64,000 nucleotides of DNA, taken from the NCBI GenBank assembly GCA_965285935.1, contig OZ260663.1, positions 75,268,001-75,332,000 on the forward strand. The letters run 5' to 3'. Numbering within the stretch: position 1 is the first letter of the stretch; every line of letters starts with the position of its first letter. Below are positions 52,680-64,000 of the stretch, piece by piece. Below the pieces are notes generated by a model. It was given only the letters and a program-made list of their open reading frames with translations, searched no databases and was not told the origin of the DNA. The stretch is from Ophelia neglecta (Eukaryota). A program made the translations under genes and the position numbers.

Positions 52680-55600
52680 TGTACAAAATAAAACACATAT
52701 AAACTGTAATTATCTTCACGAGATAAACAAGTACACGCTAACATCAATGTTACGATGCAAGGGAAATCACGGGAACAAACTATACCAATACACAATAAAT
52801 AAAACCTCTATTGACTTTTTCCCCAAAAGAAACAGTATGCCCTTCCAGTAAAAACGTTCAAGTTTTCCTACATTTCCAAACTAAAATATGGATTAATTAA
52901 GGGGAAGGAAATAAGCTTAACTTGACCATTCACCAATATTGACAACATATGCAAATTTTGGAACGATTAACACTGGAGGGACATTTATCAATATACATTG
53001 TGACGTTGTTTTTCTGGGTAAAAGAACTACAGATAGTTTCCAACTGGTCATATTAAAATATCCAGGGCGGAATTCTGGTTTATTGTAAGGTTGCTTTAGG
53101 ATGTTGAAGCTATTTCAATTTGTACATATGGCAACTATCACTCGTAGATTTCACGATTTTTTTGACCGTGTTAGAGAAAAAATAATCATAACTCGGGCCC
53201 CTTTCTTTAAGGACATAACACATCTGTTATTGTTGTTGAAGTAGATACATGGTTGTATCAATTTGTAGTTCTTTCAATTTAATTTAATATCAAATAGAAC
53301 GCCTACTTCACTGTTTAGACAGAGCAATGGGTGTTTGAAAACCCCCGTGTTAAATATATTTTTAAAAATGCCAAGGAGCATCTGGCACCACAGTAAACAA
53401 AGAGATACAAAGGCATATTTTAGGCATCATCAAAGAATCTGCCAAGCCTGACTCGATTTTCCCGTTGGTTTGATAATATAATCTTTTTTAATGTATCTTT
53501 AAACAGGTTCTTTTATGTTTGTGCTAGAAGTACATTCTGATGCTTTTACTGACAATGTTGACATTTATTTTACTGATTAATAAAAGCTGTATCTTCATAA
53601 CCCTCACTTAACATCTATGTTATAAGCTAATAGCATCTCATAGTTTCTGGTAGTTGAACTGATTATCCTCGTCACATCAAACCTCCTATAGTTATGTAGG
53701 TATACATTATTATTGTACATTATACAGCGCAATAGAACACTGTAAATGTGGATAAATTCTGAAAAGTAATAATAAATGACATTTATAATAACGAATGTCA
53801 ATTGTACTACAATTAAGCATGCAAGCAATTGTTTCGTGTGGCCATTTTGGAGACTATTAGACAAATTGAGACTTACCTGTGAATCGTAACATATCCTTTC
53901 ATCGATGTCGACTTTAACATTTCGATAAAACAAATCCAATCAGGAAGTTCAAAATATGTGGACTTAAAATGGAAGATAAAGATCAGACTTGAATTTGAAG
54001 AGGATAAGCAAGTTGAGAGGGCTCGTACTCGAGACTACACACCAACACACTCATTTAAATGTGTACATGGTACTACTAGATGCATGCTGGTATATTATAA
54101 ATAAATATCATTTGAAACAATACGCATCTTGGCTACTTGTTTTCTTCCTAGATATATTTTACCTGTTTCTTTACTCTCAGGCAATAGGTGTGTGAATTGG
54201 AAGTTATAGCTTAATCTTTCTAGCTTTATCTACCGCTCGCTGAAATGATTGGCTTTGTAAATTATCTGCAAGAAAATAATAGGAGCGTTAGCAGTCAAAC
54301 ATTGATTACCCTGTCCCAAATAGTCAAAAAATCGCCATGGATGTTTTATATAATTGCTAGTACAAAACGTGCAATAACTATCTTTCAGATACGCAATAGG
54401 GGCCTACAGTAAGACACGAATCATCGCATTACTTGAAGTCATCTGGGGTTAGACTTTGCTCTTTTCTGTACGTGTCTAAAACAGCGTCAACGACACAAAA
54501 ATAACAACTGCTTGACGTTAACCCTGTGTCGTAGGCCACTCACCATGTATCAGGAGTGGTTTAGTCTGTACTGATTTAAAGTAATGAAAATATTTACTAA
54601 GTTATTACTCACTGTAAATTTGTGAATATTGGCATTTGGAATTAAAGTAGCAATATCAGTCCAAGATTCTTGCCCAGGCCGATTCTTAGGATTATAGTAG
54701 ACATGTTACAGGCACGTTCGTTTAGTAATGATATTGACTTTAAATGTGTAGGTATAGCCCTGAATCTTAAGGAATTTTCGCAAATCGTTGTTCTTCAGAT
54801 TGATGGGAAGGTATTGGTGGTCCTAGCAAAGAAAGCCTATCATATTTGAAATGATTGGTCATTTTTAATAATACTTTTGCCTTATTTTTTGCCATAATTG
54901 CCCAACTAGACTAGCCCACTTTCTTCGTACTAACGTTAATTAATACGCAATTAAAGAATGCCCACATGACTTAGATATCAGCGTCATATGTCCTTTACAC
55001 CTCTTCAGCCAGACAAAGATATTTATTAACATTGATCTTATTCAATGTTCACTAACTCCTTAAGACCTAATTCTGATATGTTTTGAGAGGACCATGCACA
55101 TTGCCTTCTTCAAATAAACGTGTTATATTTAGATACGAAGAAAAAACATGCATATCTGTCTAGATACATGTAGTTAACAAGGAAACTTTGAACGCATACC
55201 AAGAAGGATTCAACAGTGGACAGGATAATATATAGCTATGCAAAAAGAGCAGTCATTGTCCCGAAGAGGTTGAAGGTTCCTAAATTATCAGGAGGGGTAG
55301 GGGTGGGGACGTGTAGATTTAGAGGGGATCCACAGGCTCAGAAAAAATTAATTAATTAACCGAGTACTGAAAGAATGTACAGCCATATGCATAAACCTGA
55401 TATATCAATTTTCCATTCGGTCATTTTCAGTGGTTTCAACAGTACCCGTTATGCATCAAAACAAATTTACAGATATTAAAGGAAATTAACCATAGGCACG
55501 TACTACAGTAAAAACAACAACATTTCCTAATTAGTCCATCAACCCTTGATGTGGACCTGACTTGCCAGCTTTGTATATTTCACTAATGGATGCAAAACCT

Positions 55601-56860
55601 GAAATTAGAAAGCGGTTAAATTATATCTTAGAAATTCAGAATTGATCTCCAGGGACAGTTAAATACCTCAAAAGTAAAAAATTGCCAAAATCTGGGCAAT
55701 GAGAAGAAGTATCGAAAATACGCCTTTATACTTGATAGTGGAAATAATACAAACGCTTTCTTTTCATATGAATGTCGAGTTTCTTGTTGGACAGTATTTT
55801 GTTCCGGTTGGGGGTGGGGGGTGGGGGTGGGGGGAGGATGTTTCGACAAGTTAATTGGAACTACTGTGCTCCTTTCGTCACAGGCTTTGTACGTTATCTT
55901 TATATATGATTGTATAACCAATTTTGATGATTTATTTCAATTCATTAATAGATAATTCAATATGTGATTTTCATTTAACCGCCGTTTAAGAACTTAAATA
56001 TACCACTGAAAGGCTGGAGAGAAGTATTTATGTATGTGTTTTTCTTTAAATAAAAACAGCCTTTTAAATCACATCTATATGACAAAAGAAAAGATTTCAG
56101 TTTTTTTAACTTTAACTACTCAATCCTTCTAAGCAACATTCCCATTACTCCTACAAATGGGTTGGAAACTTCGAGATGTATTGTCATTGCCGGAGCATAT
56201 GCATGTATGTCCCATTAAAGCAGAATACAAGTGGCCTTGGTGTCCAAACTGCAGTTTGATACTACATAAGAGTCACCTGGACAATGGTTCTGTAATGATA
56301 GATGGGCCAAACGTGATGGTCACTGGCGCAAGTTGTCTAGGCTCCAATAAGCTACGATGTTAGTGACTGGTACCTGGGCTAGTAGTACAGTTTTAGAATT
56401 GTTGACAAGGAACGAGCCTAAAGGAGCGATATAAATTTATTTTTCATTAGAAGTAGTATCAATATGCCAATTGTTCATGATTTCACAAATCCGCTCTACG
56501 TCGAGTGGTTGGTGACGAATGAAAATTAAACTACCTGTCTATGATACTACTGGAACGTCTGAATCACAATGTCGATGCAATATGTGTAATGTACTTCACA
56601 TATCAATCCAGAGAATGTGGACTTTTGGCTTATGTCTGCATGTGTGTACCAATACAAAACTTGATGTGTGATGTTTTTGTGTACATAATCAAAGTGGATA
56701 ATCTATTCACATTAAAAATAGCGCCCACGAATTGCGACAAAGTACGAGCAGGTCTTAAATTGAGGTCAAAGTTAACCATTTCAGCTAGTTTGGAATGGGG
56801 AAGTAGATGGTTCATTTTAACGGCAAAGAATCATGAGCAGAATAATTTGAACAATCTTTA
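52680..56860. promoter_or_regulatory. Divergent intergenic/promoter region between the two kinase paralogs, including a probable non-coding first exon of the pseudokinase (minus-strand donor near 53872-53877)
   Basis: The two ATGs at 52627 (-) and 56922 (+) face away from each other. A minus-strand acceptor lies at 52677, a minus-strand CAG|gtaagt at ~53877, and an ETS-like CAGGAAGT at ~53941. Confidence 0.5.
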
Positions 56861-56921
56861 AAAAGGTTCTACAAGAAGGTGTGCTTTGACTTTGATCGTA
56901 ATAATTGGCTGATTCGATGAA

Positions 56922-59900
56922 ATGGGTATTCTTTGTTGCAAACGTCCAGCCGTGGAGGCAACTGAACACTCTGATATACACGATATACGTCTGGATATAC
57001 CCGCTCATCCAGAACAACAACCACCGGAAGGTATAATCCAAGGTTACAATATTTCCTTACATATGGCCGTACTTTTAAAAGAATTAAGGGCAAGTCGGAT
57101 ATGTTTCATACTGCTGACCAACAACCACTTTTCTTAACCTCCAAAGCAGATTGCAATTAAAAGGCAGTGGTAAGGCTGGGATAAATGGGGCTACTTTCAG
57201 CTGTTCATATGGGAATTTAACATGGGAATGATGTTTTAAAAGCCCTTACTCAGTGCTTGTTGAAGTAATCAAAACAAAACTTTCAGGGATGATTAACATT
57301 TTAGAGCGCTTTCCATTCAGGTAAATTTCACATTTGTGTGATAGCTACAGGAACCGGAACCGCTGCAAATCTGTAGTCTAGCCCCACATTCAAGTGCAGA
57401 CTATTGGTATGCAGTGCTGTCACCACCTTGCTAGCAGGCTGAACTAGAATTATTACATAATCCCCGACTGACCCTATTGCCTACAACACAGTGTTTGTCC
57501 TAGAAATAACAAATGAGTAGTTTAGGCCCTGCTTCCGCTTCCTGTCGAAATTTTTCGTTCCCCTATTACGTACTATTCAAATGTATTACTGTTCGTGTGT
57601 CAACAAGGGTACAGCTGTCGACAATTTAAGATATATTTTCTTACTAGATAATAGGACCTACAGCTGCAGGCCCTCAAACAACAATCCCTAGCTACACAAT
57701 ACTACTGTTACTAAGTTTGTTGCGAAATATAAATCGGATTGATAAACAAAATCTGATAGCCTTTACTCGTGATCTCTTAGGTCAAACCAGTAGTACAATT
57801 TGAATCAAATTCAGTAAACAATTTGAATTTCTGTAGATGGAATGTTTCAAAACATCCAATTCCATTCCAGCCGTTTTTTGATTTGAATATAGAATACCGA
57901 ATTGTTTTCACTTGGCATGCAGTGCGTCTACGTTTGTAATCCATGGGATAATATTTTTTTCCATAGGACAATGAATCTGCCCGTGGAGATTTACACAATA
58001 GCACTGGCGGTATAATTGACATATTCACAGAGGGATTTAACTATTGAACCATTAATATTAGCTTACTTTAATGAGAAAAAGAAATATTTTTTTCACTTCA
58101 CCTGGTACAATGTGGAATGCATTCTCAAATAAACAGTCGTTTTCCTATTTAGCGAGGTTGGTCATTTGAAACAACATGAATGATAATATAAATATCGATG
58201 GGTGCATAAAAATTGTAAGCTTAGCCTACTAATTTCACTAATCACTTTTTAGGATTGTACACAATTATTAGGCTTAGCCTAACTATTTGACGAATTTTCA
58301 TTTGTCACAATTTATCACATTTAATTTGGCAGATTATAGTGCTTACAAAATACAAAGTTTCTTCTGACGTTTTTTATGTGTTGGGATTCATGTTATATGT
58401 TTGTTGTCATACGTTACATAACATTTTCTTCTCCCTATATAACAGTGTCTACAGCTTCACCTAATAGCAGTGGAAGCATCATTCCAGAACATCAACGGTA
58501 AGGGTTCATGCCTGCCTTTGATATAGATAAAGATAAATAAATTATTGCACCAAATGAATATCAAAATTAAACACATATTCGAGCTGAACTGTTAGGCCAA
58601 TAATTATCAATGAATAAAAACATGTTTTTTTTTTCATGGACCACAGATCAAGTACTTCATCAGATTCTCTTAGCCAACAAGAACAGCATGAGATAGAAAA
58701 TAGCGAAGGTGGGTAAATAGCAAAAGTTAGTTCATGTGGTAAGATCTGACGCTCTCTCTTTGACTTGTACGCTTCCTCGTTACTTGAAATATTACGGTAG
58801 TTCATCGACCGCGCCCGCGCAGCCGTTAGTCGAAAATTGCCGAGTCTTAATATTTTGTAATAAACAAGCAAACTAAGGGAGACCTGAAAAAAGTCCTATT
58901 ATATCGTCCACTTTACCGTTGAGTCTTGTGAATTCACAACGAGCCATGGCAGGAAGGCTGAACATTATAAGGGTAAGCTTCAACATATCGGCCTTCTTTA
59001 AGTGTGCTATAGGCCTATATATATCAAATGCAAATTTAAACCACTGAATGTTTAATTATCATGACCTACAGTGTGGAGTTGGCATCTGGTGCTAACGATG
59101 GCGCCGGCGTATGCCGGCTGCTTAGAGAGTCCATGGTTTACCGTAAATATGTTTCTCGAAATAATTACATTACTTTACATGTATCAAAGATCATTTCCGA
59201 GTACTAGTGATTTAAGCTTTTGGCATAGAAAATCCAATTCATAATCATTAAATATTTCTTAAACATCCTCCCACAGGGGGTCACTGGTAGGTGGGTGTTT
59301 ATTTTCCAGGGCCTGAAGTGATTTACACAGCTATGTTTGACCTAGAGCGTTTGAGAGAAGACTGTCTCAGTATGAAAGTAGGGGATCGCTTCAAGTACAT
59401 TTCTACGTAGGTGAAGGCTTCCTTGTTTGTTCTGTAGTTTCGCGGTAAACTCCTCTCGTGTTTATATTGCAAGTTATATAATATTAAATTGATTAAATAA
59501 GTTTTACTTAAGTTGTGAATTTGGTTGTTGTTCTTTGACCGAGGTTGTCGTATGGTGGCCTGAAGTAGATGGTCTCTTGGGACCAAACGGACATTGTTGA
59601 CCATAATAATTTTTCTGCCGGTTATCTATATATTCCCGTATTACTGATTTCTCATCAGTCTACTTAATGAACTTTTCGATTATAGAAGCATCACAGCTTT
59701 CGTAAATTATCAATTCGTATTTTAGTTCTTATCATTACATATTTTAGAAAGGACACATGGTTGCGTCTACAAAACTACAAGACGAAGGAAATCGGATACA
59801 TTCCAAGTAATTTTGTCCAACTAGAATCGAGTATTGAGTCGTGCAGGTAGGTTAAGTGGCGATTCCTTTTGGAAAAAAGATAACAATTATTCTGTTGCAT

Positions 59901-62900
59901 CACAAATGCACCCCCTGCGATATGGTCTTTACCGCTTGACTCTGTACATAATGTATGCCTTTAGTCTTGTATTCAAAACGAAAGGGATCATTCAATTACA
60001 TTAGAATATTTTCATTTTTTCAGCTGGTTTTATGGGATGATAACACTGAAAGAGGCGGAAACATTGCTCGACGAAAATGAATATTCAAATGCGTTCTTGG
60101 TGACAGAAAGAAAAAAAGACCCAGGCAAGTGTCCTGTAAAGTCGGAAGTATTGCTTTCATTTTCCATGCGTAGAGTCACATGAGTTGTCTCGGTTTCGCT
60201 GGCGAGCTAAATCCCTTTTTGTTAACTAACCAGTTAATCCTTATGCCAGATTTTACAGTACGTTTAGATTGGTGTTAATATCACAATTTATTGTAAATCA
60301 TTATTTTTGTTACAGAAATGTGTATATACTACAATACTGAAAAGATCTTTTTGTTTCTGATAGGTTCGTACACCCTTTCGTATAAAGCCATTGACAGTAG
60401 AATGGCTGTTATACGCCATAAACCTATACATTATGACGGGAAGGAATACTATATTACTGGCGAACCCAAATACATCTCATTAAAAGAAGTTGTAGATCAC
60501 TTTAAGGGTAAGATACAAAAACAAATATCCCACATCCATGAAAGATATTGCCAATGCATTCGAAATAAACTTTCAAATACGATCTTTTGACCTTGTCTGT
60601 GATGTTAGAATAACACTTTTCCTCGGTTGGGTTTTACTGAAATTGTTCGCATTCACTTGGATCCTAAGTTGCCTGTTCTGGTCTTAAATCACAGTAGAAC
60701 AAATATACAACCTTTACAAATAACAGACCCATGGCACCCTATAAACATTCCCCTATGGACCAGACCCATTTTATGAACAGCGCATGACATTTCTTCAAGC
60801 TAAGTACTAATGATTGTAAACATTGTAAGCGTATGTGTTATTATTTACGGCTGTTCTATATTTATGGAGGCAATATGACATATCAAAATATATTCTAGAA
60901 TGATATTTGTTTCAGACAAAAATTCTTTAGGGAACCATACATGTACCCATCCAGAGCCCACAATATACGGCTTGACAACTACAGACGACAAATTACATAT
61001 TTCATTTGATACCCTCACACTGGGGAAGGTAATCGGAGACGGTAATTTTTGCACGGTATACGAAGGTAAGAATGACGGAAGAATGTTAGGTCACGCTTAC
61101 GCTGCTTTAAAACCTACGACATGTTAAAGTTATGCGAGCTTTCGATCACGGACAACAACAGGAATTGATACCCGGCAAGCAGATAAAGCAAAAAAACTTA
61201 TCAGGAACATTCCATTGAATAAGCCCGAGATTAATCATCAGGAACCACAAGCACGCATAAATCTATGATATGTATGAATATGTACCAATTACACATTAAA
61301 TCCGAACAAAAAGCAACTCTTTCTCCTGGGCCTACACCACGACATTGTAATATTTGCATGCAGACGATTATGATTGACAGGTACATGCACATTGATCGGA
61401 GGGCGACAAGTCGCTGTAAAACAGCTGAATGGGGAATGTGTCAACGAAACATTGTTAAACCAAGAAGTAAACGTAATGAAACAGTTACGGCATGAAAATG
61501 TGGTGTGTCTTTTGGCTATCTGCATGGAAAAGGGTTTTTACATCGTCACAGAACTGATGGCAAGAGGCTCTCTTTTCACGTATCTACGTATTCAAAGCCA
61601 TAAAGGTGGCCTCAAAACTGGGGACATATTGATAATTGCTAAAAAGGTAAGAGTTGTGGTAAAAACGTTGGATAATTTCTTGAAATTTTATGTATATACA
61701 TTCCCGGAGGTCCTGTTACACTTTGCCATTTCGGTTGCTTAAACAATAAATATTCGAATTTAGATTGCTGCGGGCATGCAATATTTGGAAAGCAAACACT
61801 TTGTCCATCGCGATCTGGCGGCCAGAAATGTTCTTCTTGGAGAACAAGGAAAAGTGAAAGTCAGTGACTTTGGAATGGCCAAAAAGATAAAAAACGAATT
61901 ATACATTTCACCAGGTAGTGTGTAATTTGTGATCAAACCATGGTTTTACAAAGCAAAACGACTCTTCTGTAATCAGGTGAGGCAGTGCGTCTTTATGTTA
62001 AAAAAAACCTGTTCCTTTCAGATGAAAAGGAGCCTAAGCCTATTCGATGGTGTGCACCAGAAACATTGCTTCCGACAGATCCGATATTTACCCATAGTAG
62101 TGATATTTGGTCTTTTGCCATCGTTTTGGTTGAAATGTTTCAAGATGGAGAACAACCTTATCCCGGTGACTTTTTAAAAATGTCAATTTCACATAGTTGT
62201 AACTTAAACATCTTATAATTGTATGCCTCTTATGAAGTTAGGGATTAATAAAAATTAAATGAGTTAAATGATGTGTAGCGTAAAAAGGAAATACCTCTTG
62301 ATGTTCTCCTTTCTTTGGAGATACCGACACCGTCTCGGAAATGGTTTATGCATCGATTTCACTTTATGAATAGGAGATGGTTATTGCATCCTGACTCCTC
62401 ATTAAAAAAAACACTAAAATTACACACCTGTAGGAGTATTAGGTTAGACGACACACTGAGAGTAGCAAATTGTAAACCACGACACGAGGTGCTGTTATGA
62501 TCACCAGCATCTGACCACCTGCATCCTTGAATTTTAGCATGTTCATTTATTCTTGGCCAGCTTGATCTACTTTCATACCAAGATCACGATACTATCTCGG
62601 AATTTTAAACGCTCATACCTCAGTGATATATAGAGACATATTTCAATGAAGTTTGTTATTGTGTGGCCTGTCCACACCGGTGCCGCTTGTGCACTTTTTG
62701 CTGAGAAGGGGTGATATTATTTATATTCGCCTGCAATAGTGCAAATTTGAAACCTAGGTCTAGCGGCTATTTTGATACTTTGAAAGCTTCTCTAACCTAG
62801 TAAACCTAGCTAACCGTGTCTCAAATAACGTTTTTATACTACCAAATGCATCCTCATTACAAATTTTATATTAAGTTTTAACCTATCCAATTTCATGTTT

Positions 62901-63678
62901 AGGTTTAAGTACGCGTGGAGTGGTGGATTTTGTCCAATCAGGAAAACGTCACGAAAAGCCTGAAAAATGTCCGCCAGGGGTATATCGTTTGATGAAGCTT
63001 TGCTGGAAAGAGCAGCCAGAAGAACGGCCAAATTTTTCTGACGTATATGACAAAATATTCAAACTCATCGAAGAAGGTATAAAACTGCAATCGCAAAACG
63101 GATTTAGTCGTAGCAAACTGGTAACAATAATCACTAATATACCACATTAATGGAGCCCTGTTTAATTATACATCCTTTCCCAATCTTTCTATCGTTCACT
63201 AGGTACACACGACCAAGTGCACTTTAATGTGGCTTTTGACTCCAGCGACGAAGACACTGATAGCATTCCCTCCGAAAATCACTCATCGGATGGAGGTATC
63301 CTCTAACAAATGCTTCCAGCGCTAATTACACTTTACAGTAAGGGATACGTCCTACCGGTGTGCCAGCTCTCTAATTCTTTACAGTTTTATGTGTTATGAT
63401 ATGAGGTAACTTGTTTTGTTATTTAAGGAGACAAATCTGGGACAGAATGGCGGGACCGAGCCCATGACTCGGAAGATTCCAATAATCTTCGTCACGTCTG
63501 CCCTGTATGTAAACAACGTAGAAATCACAATGAACCACTGGATGGGACCTCGTGGAGAAAATGTGTTTCTTGTGACTTTTGGTTCCACGCACTATGTGTA
63601 ACAGGTAAACCAAAAGATAATGGCAACAGAGATGATGATTTATTTATGTGTAATCGCTGTCGACGATTAACATTTTAA
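56922..63678 (+). CDS. Src/Frk-like non-receptor tyrosine kinase, ~630 aa: MGILCC anchor, SH3, SH2 (Arg-less), active kinase, acidic linker, PHD finger
   Basis: Exons are 56922-57030, 58446-58497, 58647-58708, 59310-59406, 59748-59846, 60024-60124 (GC donor), 60364-60507, 60916-61065, 61381-61646, 61764-61914, 62022-62165, 62903-63076, 63203-63295 and 63428-63678, totalling 1893 nt in one open frame. Motifs seen: [59 protein letters not shown] is at 63851. Small extra linker exons are possible. Confidence 0.88.
63428..63678 (+). other. PHD finger terminal exon of the active kinase (absent from the ORF track)
   Basis: Read in phase 1 it gives ...[61 protein letters not shown]. Confidence 0.85.
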
Positions 63679-64000
63679 GAATCCAGAACGTCATTCCAGG
63701 ACAAAGGTATAGGATTGGTTAACTGTTTCAACAAAAAGAGATTAATACTCAATGTAAACAAATGCTGTTTTATGAAAAAAAATCATAATTGATCGTACAA
63801 TTAGAGATAATTCTAATGCACCTTATATCGACATGCATGACTCAGGTATTAATAAAGGTGCCAATGTACAAGCTTATATAGTGAGGCCAATGATCCAATC
63901 AATGAAGTTCACCTTTGCTAAATAAGGCTTTGAAAGTAGTCTTGTTTGTTAACATTTATATTGATTTGTATGATAGCCTAATTGGTGTTAAATTCAACCT

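Noticed and set aside
56157-56363. Cys/His-containing ORF between the kinases as a zinc-finger gene
   Set aside because: The ligand spacing matches no known finger and there is no splice context.
56922-63678. Assigning a gene symbol (SRC, FRK, ABL, CSK or TEC)
   Set aside because: The sequence is too divergent. HRDLAARN excludes classical vertebrate-type Src but does not distinguish among the others without a phylogeny.

Overview
This is AT-rich eukaryotic genomic DNA with spliceosomal introns, probably from a marine invertebrate; the repeat style suggests an echinoderm-like animal, but that is only a guess. Bases 1 to ~29 kb are non-coding and visibly CpG-depleted. They look like the long 5' introns and UTR exons of an unidentified minus-strand gene whose CDS lies left of the window, with an internal CpG-rich promoter at ~16.6-17.3 kb. 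Bases 34.8-63.7 kb hold three multi-exon genes that I rebuilt by hand with consistent intron phases. (1) A + strand gene has a ubiquitin domain with an intact internal LRLRGG inserted into an uncharacterised domain, and two alternative last exons, one ending in a polybasic CaaX motif. (2) A - strand Src-like PSEUDOkinase has the architecture MGCC anchor-SH3-SH3-SH2*-dead kinase-PHD finger. (3) A + strand, head-to-head, catalytically intact paralog has the architecture MGILCC anchor-SH3-SH2*-kinase-PHD finger. Both SH2 domains lack the phosphotyrosine-binding Arg, and both proteins carry a C-terminal PHD finger in place of the Src regulatory tail. This divergent kinase/pseudokinase-PHD pair is the best candidate for an undescribed system. 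The window also contains several MITEs, a SINE head and a decayed CR1-like LINE. All gene models are manual predictions without transcript support.
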